From a virus (lineage: Duplodnaviria; Caudoviricetes): a DNA stretch of 64,000 bases. Shown in pieces: positions 37,601 to 47,668 of the stretch (its first letter is position 1; each line of letters starts with the position of its first letter). The notes beneath the pieces were generated by a model. The model did not search any database. It was not told where the DNA came from and worked only from the letters and a program-made list of their open reading frames with translations. The stretch covers positions 1 to 64,000 of the IMG/VR virus record IMGVR_UViG_3300032138_000009; one strand, given 5' to 3'. A program made the position numbers and the translations under genes.

Positions 37601-40478
37601 GGTATTTGTAGCATCTGGTAATACTGTGGACCCTGAGACTACATTTGGTGGTAGTGGTGCATGGCCCGGATATGTCGACGGTGCATATATATGTATGGGA
37701 TATGATGGTGATGGAGACTGGTTAAGTACTGATGGTCTTACTCAAAAAGGATTTATGAAATTAACTCTTTCTTCTGGTAATTCATCACCACATAATGATT
37801 TACCAGAAAGTGACACTTGGGGATATGCAGTACCTCGAGAAAACCCTTTAACTTCAGCTAAGATAATATCAGTAGCAGGAGAAGGAATAGCTGGTACTCA
37901 TGAACAAGGTTTTACTTATAGTGCGGGGGGACATAATTTAATAGCAGTAGATGATATGGATATTTTCCAAGAAGATTTAGATGATGAATATATTATCTAT
38001 AGAGCGGGTTGGTATCAAGATAGTGAAATCTTACGAGATGGACCTGATGTGATGGCACCCTTTACAGACGCTACTTGTGTAACTACAAATAATGCAAGCG
38101 GATTAACTCTTAATTCAGCTAATGGTAATATAGAAATAGGTATGGCTGTATCTGGTGCAGGTATACGTAATAATACTTGGGTAGTTAAAAGTGGTTCCAC
38201 TACATCATTTGGTCTAAGCCGTCAGGCAAAGGCTACAGCAGACCCCGTTACATTAACATTTAATAGAGCTTCTCGTACTGCTTTAGGCTATAAACATACT
38301 GTTAAATTACTCAAAAAAGATATGTCTACTAATACAATATCTTTAAGAGTGACCAGTGGAAGTACTGATATATCGACAGGAATAACAAAAGCCGACGATG
38401 ATATGACAGATTTATGTGTTGGTTCGAACTTATATAGTTTATATATTTCACCCAAAAGATATTGGATGGATATGATGTTTTCCCCACCGAATTGGGGTAC
38501 AAGACAATATGAAAATTTCTGTTTTGTGGGAGAAACTCCTGCCACTGGAAGTATATCTACACAGCTGGGCAGTACATATAACGAAGCACAATACTCTTAT
38601 GATTTAACTAATATGGATACTAGAGGTATGGCCGCAGTCCCTACCCATCCATGGATTCTGGGAGTAGATGAAAAATCTTCTCTTATACTTAACCAAGACT
38701 ATGGATATGGTTCATATGATGAGGAGAAAAATGCAGGTGGAGAAGCAGCTGAGGTAGTACCAGTTTTAAATACTGAAACATATTTTGACCTCAGGAAGAT
38801 GGTAGAAACTGCTACGCCGGGACCACTTGAAGAAGTTAGTCTGGTTATAGGGTTAGAAGATGAAGTTAATGATAAGAGTGTTACCATAGTGGGAGATGAT
38901 ACTACATTAGACACATCTGGAAGTACCTATTATAGACCTCAGTATGTATGGGAATATTACGATGAACTACCTGAAATAAAAAAGTTCCGAATAGAACCTT
39001 CTTTTGATGTATTGAGTCCCGATATCAATCTATATGAATTATCAAAACAACCTATAAATAATCTTAGATTTAAGTGGGATGAAAGTGCTGAGGATGTGTG
39101 GTATAGACATTTAATAATCAGTCCAAGTGGAGCTATTGAAAATAAATATCATAATTGTAGTTTCTGGGCACCTCTTAATGAGAGTGATGTTAATTGGTCC
39201 AATAAATGGCATAAATATTATACTACCAATTTATCAGGAATGACTGCTAAAAATTTAAAAGGACAGTCCTCAATATCAACCACTAAGGCAACTTATATAG
39301 CTTATTATCAACCTGTTATTAACGGATTGTCTGGATATGCTACATGGAGAAATTCTAATGCACCCGGACTTTCTATGACAGATGATGGAGCGTGTGCAAC
39401 TACGGGAAGTTATAAAGAACTAACAAACTCTATGTATTTTGATATGTCTACAGGTGCTGCTTCTACAGCAGGAGTTAATCCTTGGGCAGAAGCTTGGAGT
39501 TTAGTTATACATTGTAATCCAAATAATCAAGATGCAGCGGCTGCTACTAAAACTCAGGGTATGACTGTGTGTGGAGTTGCTCAGATGGCTGGAGCGATGA
39601 ATTCTGGAACTTCAACGCAGTCACTCGACTATCCACCTACTATCTTTCAAGGAAATACTACTCTAACCGCTTCTGGAGCTATGACTTGGGCAGCTTGGGC
39701 AACTACGCCGGGACAAGGTGGTTTTGATTTATTACACGTATATATAAAAGATAATAAAGTATTTTGTCAATATAATCACGAATATAAACTGTATGGTGAC
39801 AATTCTTCCCCACGGCCTTTTGCTGCGGGTGCTAGATATGAAGGATTATTACTATCTTCGTCTACAAACTATGCTTTAGATGGAACGGAGAAACTATCTA
39901 TAACCTTAATATGGGATGAAAAATTAGGAGCTGATGTGGAAACTAGTTCTTCTGTACTTAACAACGAACAATTCAGGATGTATATTAACGGACAATTAGA
40001 AGATAGCACCAGTACCACATTAGGCTCAGTTGGAATCCCACAGGGTACAGTGTTAGGCCCAATATCACCGGGAGGATTTGGAAGAAGTAATTATTCTAAA
40101 TTTGTGATTGGAGTATTTGACACTGCTCATGGGGGAATGTCAGGAGGAGTGGGTCCAAGTATAAGTAATATAGCAGCAGGAGTTGGTTCAGCTCCAAGTA
40201 GTATAACCGCTCCCGGCTATGATGATAGAATTAATGGATATCATGGAACGATAGAAGAAATCATATTATATCCTTATGCTTTAATACCAGTTCCTAATGC
40301 AGGAGAATTTGAGCTAGTAACTAGAGGTATTCCTGACTATAGTTCAAGTGCTTTGACGGCATCAGAATTAAATTATAATGCTAGATTGTTCGTTTATGAT
40401 TATACTAATGTTAGAGGTAAGTCATCATCAGCAGTAGCGTCTTCACCTAATGTACAATGGAAGGTGACGGGTGTATGA
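34677..40478 (+). CDS. Large tail-tip/receptor-binding protein with C-terminal LamG/ConA-like domain (1933 aa)
   Basis: After TMP; ITLIWD...RMYINGQL...FVIG...YHGTIEEIILYPYAL LamG pattern. Confidence 0.65.
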   Translation: MIPTKRNHFYTKEIISNAVGVRPQFKDLSVGNAETTLTFKAGLGATQWVVSGNISETPFPNMGELVGGFLQTYVTGMSLSGTSTLPSLYSYKIQNGFPISEGGFTLATGTTDLFGTTSSTIGDALWISSAQFDTGEVWLEETFDGSNKSMGSKLVLPGGGNAAMTMEDAYVKPKDGAEAITFGGDAFFGGGGSNSVETNLGKYFSIGGPSGTSTEDKRIYVRPKSKNRIQGLWTALDDHRDDKQKWQIYEPYWKWDAIRPILKFGKTNPADGTLPDGDATPHNTIFNRIWKDNTTLSSWDVPWGNVMESTMTLVPSEEGGEGQSLNVKSHWWRTPTPSNNFWSVTAKTTAVDYQKSPYNPDDFSTPIQTSWASIYDIPYPIPLDAGGLSEINQDLIGNRTHGDQRTVLPEININMKIAQLLSSPALNIKTASQAGTNGIAYGFVDGTDGYDTQTLNTYAYHNKTFWRSVVVTFSNYKPEEVSNSCTMDEFIRYGLDYAYGVKTPDGGVAGVGNKVSVANRQLGSKIVTGLVFSAFYGASGGSDNGTYDDAKNKFIDNNSIYAYSLPVCAFASGNTSNTKFGLWANIAAGPSPYVPPSTLLHCPLIGELTGSSRANYPYVKIPRNEFFNVKFVFDVQQPWSKNTNYGWYMEENVEPAISYASNLESGVPIRAYFDNLGITTTSGASLADMEVAEMSKKKPYINLALPAFDVSNNSPHYYMSWIDRQGVNMQTLSDRDEVRGTPEHFPRHMTIWVNNFTFAPIGDGTPPSWANYQSWFSDDYWVSDEQMYPVLKSDGTVSQSGSWSGPNPTATELLIDSIKFKYWNAPITQNSAGAGMTSRFFKGESLSIPSPVAKVTDAADDYGTGFSPDGELKPVMPGQYLTLGYKDWDWFNIVGGAGTGGTSTGSKSAYMLANNFSTKEFDQMPRATPTAAWISNGGYDGDGAESYFTGYSMFADVQGSYSTVSGTATQSKFSKVFVASGNTVDPETTFGGSGAWPGYVDGAYICMGYDGDGDWLSTDGLTQKGFMKLTLSSGNSSPHNDLPESDTWGYAVPRENPLTSAKIISVAGEGIAGTHEQGFTYSAGGHNLIAVDDMDIFQEDLDDEYIIYRAGWYQDSEILRDGPDVMAPFTDATCVTTNNASGLTLNSANGNIEIGMAVSGAGIRNNTWVVKSGSTTSFGLSRQAKATADPVTLTFNRASRTALGYKHTVKLLKKDMSTNTISLRVTSGSTDISTGITKADDDMTDLCVGSNLYSLYISPKRYWMDMMFSPPNWGTRQYENFCFVGETPATGSISTQLGSTYNEAQYSYDLTNMDTRGMAAVPTHPWILGVDEKSSLILNQDYGYGSYDEEKNAGGEAAEVVPVLNTETYFDLRKMVETATPGPLEEVSLVIGLEDEVNDKSVTIVGDDTTLDTSGSTYYRPQYVWEYYDELPEIKKFRIEPSFDVLSPDINLYELSKQPINNLRFKWDESAEDVWYRHLIISPSGAIENKYHNCSFWAPLNESDVNWSNKWHKYYTTNLSGMTAKNLKGQSSISTTKATYIAYYQPVINGLSGYATWRNSNAPGLSMTDDGACATTGSYKELTNSMYFDMSTGAASTAGVNPWAEAWSLVIHCNPNNQDAAAATKTQGMTVCGVAQMAGAMNSGTSTQSLDYPPTIFQGNTTLTASGAMTWAAWATTPGQGGFDLLHVYIKDNKVFCQYNHEYKLYGDNSSPRPFAAGARYEGLLLSSSTNYALDGTEKLSITLIWDEKLGADVETSSSVLNNEQFRMYINGQLEDSTSTTLGSVGIPQGTVLGPISPGGFGRSNYSKFVIGVFDTAHGGMSGGVGPSISNIAAGVGSAPSSITAPGYDDRINGYHGTIEEIILYPYALIPVPNAGEFELVTRGIPDYSSSALTASELNYNARLFVYDYTNVRGKSSSAVASSPNVQWKVTGV

Positions 40479-43400
40479 GCTCCGCAAAATGGTATTCTGA
40501 TAGTGATGCTTCTACTGCCGCTACTACAGCTACAGTAATGGATAAAAGATATGTTCAATTTACATTTAATGATAAAGATATCTCAGCACTTTATATAGAC
40601 TGGGGTGATGGTGAAGGTAGGAGTGTAGATACTGCTAATTATCAATGGATGCAATATCCTACACCAGTACAAGAGCCTATAGTATCCCATACATACACAG
40701 CTACAGGTAATTTCGATATATGTGTTCAGACTATAAACCAAAAAGGTATAGTCTCTAAATATTATGCTTCGGGCGGCTCTATCAGTGGTTCTGTTACCCC
40801 ATTTGAATATAGGAAAAGTATAGAGCGAATGGTTGTTTCTGATGGTCCCGCAACTGCTATTATGAAGTGTGAAAATCGAACTGTAAAATCAGGTATAGAT
40901 AACAGCATATTTGATGAGATAGGGTCAGGGCAAGTATATGCTCAAATTCCCCCTATACTTAATGCTACTGAGTATGGTTATTTACCAAGCAAGATTAAGC
41001 TAGCCATAACTGCGGTACTGGTGGACTCTACTAGAAGTAGTAGTTCTGAAGGTTTGGATGTGATAAGTACTGATGGAGGTTCACGTCGAGTAGAAAAAAT
41101 CTATATGGAGCTTGATACTGAAGATGCAGGAGATGGAACTTATGATGGACCTCAGAATATATTAACTCTTGCAACTGATATATCTGGTAATGCTGCTGCG
41201 ATAGATGGAGCTGCTATATCTCAGATATTAAAGGTAGAATATAGAAACCCTAAAGTAGGTAGTTCATATCTCACTGATTATACGCGCAACGAAGTCTTTA
41301 ATAGATTGAAGATATTTTTAACTGCATTTGATTATGCATCTGACGGTGGTACATTTCGTCCAATTACATATGTCTCTGCTGGTAGTCCAATTAAATCAGT
41401 AGATGATTTATATAGATATATAACTATGGATTTTTCACAAAGTAGAGCTAAAGCATCTAATGTGAGTAATTCAAAATATCGTTATGACAATGGGAAAGGG
41501 ATTTTCGACCTTGAAACATTCCAATGGAGTATAACTGGTACTAACTATTTTAATAATAATACAAGACAGACAAAAGAAACTAAGAGGATTGACTATACTT
41601 ATATGCCTCGTCCTTTTGGATTGAGAGGTAATGATACATATGGTTCTACTGGAACTCAAGCACTTTATAATGGGAAGTGGGTGGAGAATACTACTGCAAC
41701 TACAGCCTCTACTTCTTACATCGTGGACCAGTTTGCTTTGGATGACTTTGGTAGATTTTATGACCAATATCATTTAGTTAGAAATTCAATGCAGCCCTCT
41801 AGTTCTGCTGATGCTACTGGCACTACTGTCAGTTCATTAATAGATAATAAACCTTACGTCTTTAGAATAACTCCTCCAGTTAATTGGACTGGAGCCAACG
41901 ATGATACACAATCCGCTACAAAGATAGATGCACCGGGTATGGATACAGCAGATGGTAATTATACTGCGGATTATACTTCTGAGGCTTTTAATAATGCTTA
42001 TGAGAATGAAGTTAGTTTTACAGGAATGAATGGTGCAAGTTTCAAAGATATAGATAATGCTTCGAGAAAGGCCAATGAATACTTCCTTTTACTTTTTCCT
42101 AAGAAGACTAATAAGGTTTTCTTTAATATGACTAATTATGCTAATAAAATGATGTCTGATTGGGCTAATGCTACAGGTTTAACTATAGCAGGTGTTTATT
42201 ATTTGGGTGTCGAAAAATCTGGAACTATTAATCAAGTAGCAGAATGGAAAGCTTTAGAATTTGAGGACACAACTAGCATTTCTAAAACATATGCTAATAC
42301 CACTAATGGTAATAGTCTTTCTGGTTCATATGTTACCAAAGAAGAATCCTTTACCAAATCAGGATATATATCTTTTGATACACCTTCAGATTGGGACGCT
42401 ATATCTTTAGATAATTTATGTGGAGGATACTATAATAGTACTGACCAAACAGCTACAGGTAGTTTGAGTATTAAAATTACTGGTACTATCTCTGGTAATG
42501 CTGATAATGGTTTAGTTGGTAGATATTTAGTAGTTACTGGTTCAAGTATAAGTGACCAAATGACAGAGCATTTTAATATACCCCCAGATGTAGGAGCATT
42601 TAAATATATAGCTTTCCCTAGTGGTACTAATAATATGCCTCTATGGTTAGGACAAGGACTTGGTTATGGTTGGGATGGTGATGATACTTTATATTTCCAC
42701 TATGGAGAAAATAATGCTACTCACTATAATGTTGAAGGACTTACTGAAGATGACCCCATTAAGTGGATTATTAGACGTATTAATATTTATGATGTTATAG
42801 ATGGCCCTTCTAAAGTTTATAAGGGTTCTACTGCTGCTGATTTACCTCCTGTAGATGCAGGGCCAACCGAAGCTGGTGCCGGTGTTACGTGGAATGGTAC
42901 TTATATGATAGCTACAACTGGTTCAGGAGTAGGTGCTGCTCTAGAAGCTGCGTGGAAAGATACAGATTTATATGCTTTAAAAATAGCTGTTAATGGAACT
43001 GGTGGTGCAGCAACAAAACCAAAAGCAGAAATGTGGAATGTTTTTGACGCTACAGAAGGACACACTGCTGTAATAAAAGAAATAGATGATAGTGCTTATA
43101 ACCTTAATTCTTTAGCTATTACTAGTTCTATAAGTATGTCGAGGGCAGGCAGTTACTATACCACTATTTCTAGAAAGGGTAAAGTCTTTATCGTAAGGAC
43201 AGGAACTCCACTCCAAGAAATAGCTTTCTCAAGTGTAGCTCTAGGTGACACAACTACACCTTCATCCGCTTTCACTACTTCTTCAGTGCCTTCTAGCCTA
43301 TATGGACACCTCCATAAAATTAGAGAAATACAAAGTAATGATGTTAGGGTTTACTGGGATGAACAACAGAAAGATGGCACATATGTAAGAATATGGGGTG

Positions 43401-43567
43401 TGATTAAGGGTATTAATGAAACATATGCTACAGGTGGACCTAGAGCTATAACGTCTTATGATTTTAATTTAATGGTAGAAGAGATAGCTTTATTAGATAT
43501 AGATGGCGACTTAATGACTGATGTATTTCCTATAGGGGGTATACAAGATGCTAGAAGCTACTCCTAA
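40475..43567 (+). CDS. Tail-tip protein with N-terminal PKD domain and Dit-like C-terminus
   Basis: ATGA coupled start; IDWGDG...VSHTYTATGNF PKD motif; VRVYWDE...WGVI...YDFNLMVEE C-terminal pattern. Confidence 0.6.
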   Translation: MSSAKWYSDSDASTAATTATVMDKRYVQFTFNDKDISALYIDWGDGEGRSVDTANYQWMQYPTPVQEPIVSHTYTATGNFDICVQTINQKGIVSKYYASGGSISGSVTPFEYRKSIERMVVSDGPATAIMKCENRTVKSGIDNSIFDEIGSGQVYAQIPPILNATEYGYLPSKIKLAITAVLVDSTRSSSSEGLDVISTDGGSRRVEKIYMELDTEDAGDGTYDGPQNILTLATDISGNAAAIDGAAISQILKVEYRNPKVGSSYLTDYTRNEVFNRLKIFLTAFDYASDGGTFRPITYVSAGSPIKSVDDLYRYITMDFSQSRAKASNVSNSKYRYDNGKGIFDLETFQWSITGTNYFNNNTRQTKETKRIDYTYMPRPFGLRGNDTYGSTGTQALYNGKWVENTTATTASTSYIVDQFALDDFGRFYDQYHLVRNSMQPSSSADATGTTVSSLIDNKPYVFRITPPVNWTGANDDTQSATKIDAPGMDTADGNYTADYTSEAFNNAYENEVSFTGMNGASFKDIDNASRKANEYFLLLFPKKTNKVFFNMTNYANKMMSDWANATGLTIAGVYYLGVEKSGTINQVAEWKALEFEDTTSISKTYANTTNGNSLSGSYVTKEESFTKSGYISFDTPSDWDAISLDNLCGGYYNSTDQTATGSLSIKITGTISGNADNGLVGRYLVVTGSSISDQMTEHFNIPPDVGAFKYIAFPSGTNNMPLWLGQGLGYGWDGDDTLYFHYGENNATHYNVEGLTEDDPIKWIIRRINIYDVIDGPSKVYKGSTAADLPPVDAGPTEAGAGVTWNGTYMIATTGSGVGAALEAAWKDTDLYALKIAVNGTGGAATKPKAEMWNVFDATEGHTAVIKEIDDSAYNLNSLAITSSISMSRAGSYYTTISRKGKVFIVRTGTPLQEIAFSSVALGDTTTPSSAFTTSSVPSSLYGHLHKIREIQSNDVRVYWDEQQKDGTYVRIWGVIKGINETYATGGPRAITSYDFNLMVEEIALLDIDGDLMTDVFPIGGIQDARSYS

Positions 43568-44594
43568 GATTTATATTGAAGGAAGAGAAGTCGACTACCT
43601 TCAAGGTGGATATAAAAATGATGGTAATCTCACTGCTGCATCTTTATCATTTACACTCCCCCTGACTTTTGCGGGTCTTAAAAAACTATGGAATAAAGAG
43701 GTAACTTTTTTTCTTAATGAGCACGATAGTGTTCCTGTATTTAGAGGATGGATACGAAGAGTGAAAGAAACCTTTTCAGAAGTAGAATTATATGCAGAAG
43801 ACGCTTTAGGTTATATGTCAAAAGGTGGTGAAGAGACAGAGGCTAAGGTGAATTTAACTAACTTTGATAATTTGGATGGTTTAAATGCTGGAGCTTGTAT
43901 ACAGGAACTCCTTTTAAAAATTAAATTGGATGGAAAGTTGAAGACAGATATAATAGGAGATACTGACCCAGTATTGCACACTTCATCTCCCTTCAGAGGT
44001 ACTCTGGTAGCTTTAGATATTGTAAAAGCATTATTAGGTAGAGCTATAAATACTGATGGGGATTTACCTCGACCTAATATAGGTCGTATTGTTGACGATG
44101 GAGAATATTCTCAATTTGTTATAGAACTGGAAAGTGATTTAGACACCGCAATACCTAAATTTATTTTCACAGAGAAATTTAATATTAAAGATATAGACAT
44201 TACTAAGAAACGCATTCCTACTGTTATAATAGTTAATGGAGATAATACTAGTGGAAAATTTATTCATGATGGAGCTTTAACTGCTCTAGACCGTACATAT
44301 CTTGAAGTGGAAAATAAGAGTTTAAAATCCCCAGCAGCCTGTAAAGAGTTTGGAGCTAGAGTATTTGAAGCTAATGCGAGAAATCAATATGAATATAAAA
44401 TTGTTTTAATAGGTGGAGGATATTTATTAGAAAATGACGTAATACAAGTTGCTACGGACGACCCTGAATTTAGTGGTATGTTTAGAATAATAGGAAAGAG
44501 TATTTCATTTAGTCCTACTGATTATTCTATAGCTGTAATGATAAATAGAAAACCACCTACACTAGCTCAATATATTAGTAGTAGAGATGATTAA
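43548..44594 (+). CDS. Baseplate hub/Tal-like protein
   Basis: 348 aa; VFRGWI...VELYAEDALGY and C-terminal LLENDVIQV...FRIIGKSI hub pattern; last gene of the + operon. Confidence 0.6.
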   Translation: MLEATPKIYIEGREVDYLQGGYKNDGNLTAASLSFTLPLTFAGLKKLWNKEVTFFLNEHDSVPVFRGWIRRVKETFSEVELYAEDALGYMSKGGEETEAKVNLTNFDNLDGLNAGACIQELLLKIKLDGKLKTDIIGDTDPVLHTSSPFRGTLVALDIVKALLGRAINTDGDLPRPNIGRIVDDGEYSQFVIELESDLDTAIPKFIFTEKFNIKDIDITKKRIPTVIIVNGDNTSGKFIHDGALTALDRTYLEVENKSLKSPAACKEFGARVFEANARNQYEYKIVLIGGGYLLENDVIQVATDDPEFSGMFRIIGKSISFSPTDYSIAVMINRKPPTLAQYISSRDD

Positions 44595-44890
44595 GTTCGT
44601 GGATATCCAGTGTCCCATATTTGTGGACTTCCTGAACCTGAAACATTATTGATTCTATTAACTCCCCAATAATTTCCACGGTTGGCCATACCACCTTGAG
44701 ATTCACCACTAGAGGGATTCATTGTTCTGGCAGATATACTTCCACTAGGCATCCATCTATCTAATTGTTCTGTTGATGTACCTGCTATAGGACCTAGATA
44801 ATGTACTCCATCTAACTTTCCGTCAGCTGTCATACCTGCGTTTCGGCCCATCTTGCGTCCATATCCAGTTATATCTGTTTCAAATGTCAT
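44591..44890 (-). CDS. Gly/Ser-rich hypothetical protein
   Basis: 99 aa; convergent stop overlap with hub gene. Confidence 0.5.
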   Translation of the reverse strand: MTFETDITGYGRKMGRNAGMTADGKLDGVHYLGPIAGTSTEQLDRWMPSGSISARTMNPSSGESQGGMANRGNYWGVNRINNVSGSGSPQIWDTGYPRT

Positions 44891-44892
44891 AA

Positions 44893-45054
44893 TTAATTAT
44901 CGTGTAAACACCAATAACTCCATGAATTTCCTTCTTTAACGATATCTACATATGTATCTGCACCTAATGTTAAAGAATTAGTAGCAGTAGATAGTGCATC
45001 TGCTGCATCAGACATAGTAGCGTATCCAGTGCCTTTTAAAACTGTAGTTGCCAT
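44893..45054 (-). CDS. 53-aa hypothetical protein
   Basis: Not in track; GGAG SD; MATTVLKGTGYATMSDAADALSTATNSLTLGADTYVDIVKEGNSWSYWCLHDN. Confidence 0.55.
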   Translation of the reverse strand: MATTVLKGTGYATMSDAADALSTATNSLTLGADTYVDIVKEGNSWSYWCLHDN

Positions 45055-45065
45055 GTTTTATTCTC

Positions 45066-46931
45066 CTAAATCTCGCATTTGTCGCCGACACAAGCATACT
45101 CAGCTTTTCCTTGAGTATTGTCATTGAGCTCGTATTTAGACAATTGCTTATAGTCTATTCTGGGCAGCTTCTTTATAAGCCTTTCGTAGGTTCTAGCATC
45201 AATTTCCTCATAAGGAGCTAATTCATACTTCCCACCATCATAGGGTAAAAAGGATACTCCATTAATAATATCCCAATTTTGATAAACCCAGTTACCTACT
45301 TCAAACCATTCATCATCTCTAACATATACAGTCATACTAGCATTATGTTCACACCAGTTATGTTGTAAGTTTTTATAGTGTTTAAGTTGGTCGAGGGCTG
45401 TTACATCTTTCCTAGTGAGACACCCATCTGGAGACTTAACAGGAAACTCCACTACCCATGTGGTAGCATCTTTTTTACTCTGACCATTCTCAGGATGACA
45501 CTTCATACCACTATCTTTCATTAATTTAAACAATGGGTCTCGGGCTGCTATACGATAGCGCCTAATATAATATTGAGACCAGCGTGGATGTACTCCTGAT
45601 GCAGAATCTACGAGTTGTGAAACTGTGCCTGAAGGTTTAACACAAGTGGTTGCTACTGACACATTTACACCTAATAACTTGGCAGCCTTACGAGATATCC
45701 TCAGAACACGGCTTTTAAGCGCCGATAGGGCCTCCGATGTCATTAGTGAGGGGTTATCCATCTGACCGGTTAAACTGACGCCTAGAAGCCGTTCTACGTC
45801 ACAATTCCTTTTCCACGATTCTCTAAGATATGGAAAGTAAGTAAATGTGCTCTGTATAACACCTATCCATGTAGCAGTCTCAACCTTATCTAAAAGGGTG
45901 TCTAAATCATCCTCTGCTCTAACTACCACTTCACTAAGATTGCAGAACTCCATATCCCTAAGCATTATTTCGCCACAAGGGTTAGTGCCTTGGATTAATG
46001 GAGCATATCTGCGAGATGGAGCTTTCTTCTGTGCTGAGTCAAGATTAAATATACCTCTTTCCCCTGTGCCAGATAGAGCTAATGCTGCCCATTCTCTTAA
46101 GAACTCTCCTGCTGATGGTTTCTCTCTAAATATTGCACTGTTATTTGCCATAGCTCTCTTAATAGGGAAGGGCCATTCTTTTGCATGACGCATATCCTTA
46201 TCATCTAAATCACTCAGAGATATCTGTGAACTACGTCTAACACCACCTACTACTACTATTTCTGCTATCTGATTACATATGTCATGAGCTTCTAACGTAG
46301 TAAGTTTACGTCCTTGTGCATTGTGCATTGTTTCTCTTATGAAGTCGTGTAACTTAACAAGAGGTTGTGGACCAGATGCTCTGCCACCCATTGTTCTAAG
46401 GCGAGCTCCTTCTGGTCTTATTTGTGAATAATCAAAATAAATATTCTGTCCATCATATAAGTTTTCCATAAGCATCTTTACTGAATCAGCCCAGCCAGCT
46501 TTGGAATCAAATATAGGAATAGTTTCTGAACCTTGAGCAGATTTTATTACTGGTATTTCTGGTAGCTTTTCTACTTCTTCTTTCTCAACTGAGAATCCAA
46601 AACCAGTACCACACATTAAGATATAAAGACATTCTGAAAATGCTTCGACTGTGTTTATCTTTGCGAAAGCACAGTTATATATACATGTGTTATCAAATTT
46701 AGCAGCAGGCCCAGCAGCCCAAAGGAAACGCATAGAGGGCATTACCGCAAATTCTAACATATACTTCCTTATCTTATGAATAGTTTTCTCTGGTATATCT
46801 GGGTTTTTTGAAATTATAAAAGTTAAAAATCTTTCTATTGTTTCGGGCCAATTTTCTCTTCTCTTCTCTTCTCCCTTCCAGCGGGAGTATGTTCGTTTAT
46901 ATATAAATTTTGATACTTCGTTTTTAAACAT
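45066..46931 (-). CDS. nrdJ: Class II adenosylcobalamin-dependent ribonucleotide reductase
   Basis: GTNPCGEI, TTCVKPSGTVS, YNC, C-terminal ACVGDKCEI; start 46931 or 46940. Confidence 0.95.
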   Translation of the reverse strand: MFKNEVSKFIYKRTYSRWKGEEKRRENWPETIERFLTFIISKNPDIPEKTIHKIRKYMLEFAVMPSMRFLWAAGPAAKFDNTCIYNCAFAKINTVEAFSECLYILMCGTGFGFSVEKEEVEKLPEIPVIKSAQGSETIPIFDSKAGWADSVKMLMENLYDGQNIYFDYSQIRPEGARLRTMGGRASGPQPLVKLHDFIRETMHNAQGRKLTTLEAHDICNQIAEIVVVGGVRRSSQISLSDLDDKDMRHAKEWPFPIKRAMANNSAIFREKPSAGEFLREWAALALSGTGERGIFNLDSAQKKAPSRRYAPLIQGTNPCGEIMLRDMEFCNLSEVVVRAEDDLDTLLDKVETATWIGVIQSTFTYFPYLRESWKRNCDVERLLGVSLTGQMDNPSLMTSEALSALKSRVLRISRKAAKLLGVNVSVATTCVKPSGTVSQLVDSASGVHPRWSQYYIRRYRIAARDPLFKLMKDSGMKCHPENGQSKKDATTWVVEFPVKSPDGCLTRKDVTALDQLKHYKNLQHNWCEHNASMTVYVRDDEWFEVGNWVYQNWDIINGVSFLPYDGGKYELAPYEEIDARTYERLIKKLPRIDYKQLSKYELNDNTQGKAEYACVGDKCEI

Positions 46932-46974
46932 TTTTACCACTCCATTTGCGGTTCATTACTATAGGATTGACCCC

Positions 46975-46983
46975 CTATAAAAG
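46975..46983 (-). promoter_or_regulatory. TATA box for nrdJ
   Basis: CTTTTATAG on - strand about 45 nt upstream of start. Confidence 0.5.
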
Positions 46984-46996
46984 GCTTTTTACAAAA

Positions 46997-47113
46997 CTAT
47001 TTATAGTCTATTAAAACGCGGCATCCGCAAGTGCAATCTTCATCTTCATCACACTTACAGACTTGATTTGATGTTTCAAAACCTGCCGCAAAATTACTAC
47101 TTAATTCAGGCAT
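46997..47113 (-). CDS. 38-aa Cys-cluster micro-protein
   Basis: TAATG coupled; MPELSSNFAAGFETSNQVCKCDEDEDCTCGCRVLIDYK. Confidence 0.5.
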   Translation of the reverse strand: MPELSSNFAAGFETSNQVCKCDEDEDCTCGCRVLIDYK

Positions 47114-47307
47114 TAGTCGTCTTGAGCGCCGAGCTTAGAACCTAGTTCTTTAACGGCTTCTAGGTATCTTACATTAGGAGTATGTTCCCATGAGTCTACG
47201 CTAGGTTTATCTTTATCTTTAGCAGGTAAATCATTATAACTCAATAGTGGTTTATGTCCTTCTCCTAAAGATTCGTTAATTTTTGCTTGGCTAACGTCTA
47301 GTGCCAT
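47113..47307 (-). CDS. 64-aa hypothetical protein
   Basis: TAATG coupled start MALDVSQAK (track start 47328 likely too long). Confidence 0.55.
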   Translation of the reverse strand: MALDVSQAKINESLGEGHKPLLSYNDLPAKDKDKPSVDSWEHTPNVRYLEAVKELGSKLGAQDD

Positions 47308-47429
47308 TATTTCATCTCCGCAACACATGCTTTACAAAGAGATTTATTACTCCTTGGGGCGCAAGTGTGCATCAATGCTTCTTTCTTAGGTGCAGCTTTT
47401 TCTGCTTTTACTTTCTTTGATAGTGCCAT
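47307..47429 (-). CDS. 40-aa Lys-rich micro-protein with HxC-x8-CxxC
   Basis: GGAG SD; MALSKKVKAEKAAPKKEALMHTCAPRSNKSLCKACVAEMK. Confidence 0.55.
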   Translation of the reverse strand: MALSKKVKAEKAAPKKEALMHTCAPRSNKSLCKACVAEMK

Positions 47430-47438
47430 ATTTACTCC

Positions 47439-47666
47439 TTAATTTACTGGTACGAAATTATTACTCTCATCCATGTATCCCATTTGTCCAGATTCATGAA
47501 CGAACAGTTTTTTATCGCCCTTTGATTTTTCTTCAACTTTTTCTTCAACTTTTTCTTCCATAGTTTCCTCTTTTGGTTCTTCAGCAACGACTTCAACTTC
47601 TATGCCTTCGTCTTTAACTTCTTCAACCACTTCCTCTACGGTCTTTTTTGCTGATTTTTTTGCCAT
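47439..47666 (-). CDS. Glu/Lys-rich low-complexity protein
   Basis: 75 aa; EEKV tandem repeats. Confidence 0.6.
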   Translation of the reverse strand: MAKKSAKKTVEEVVEEVKDEGIEVEVVAEEPKEETMEEKVEEKVEEKSKGDKKLFVHESGQMGYMDESNNFVPVN

Positions 47667-47668
47667 AC

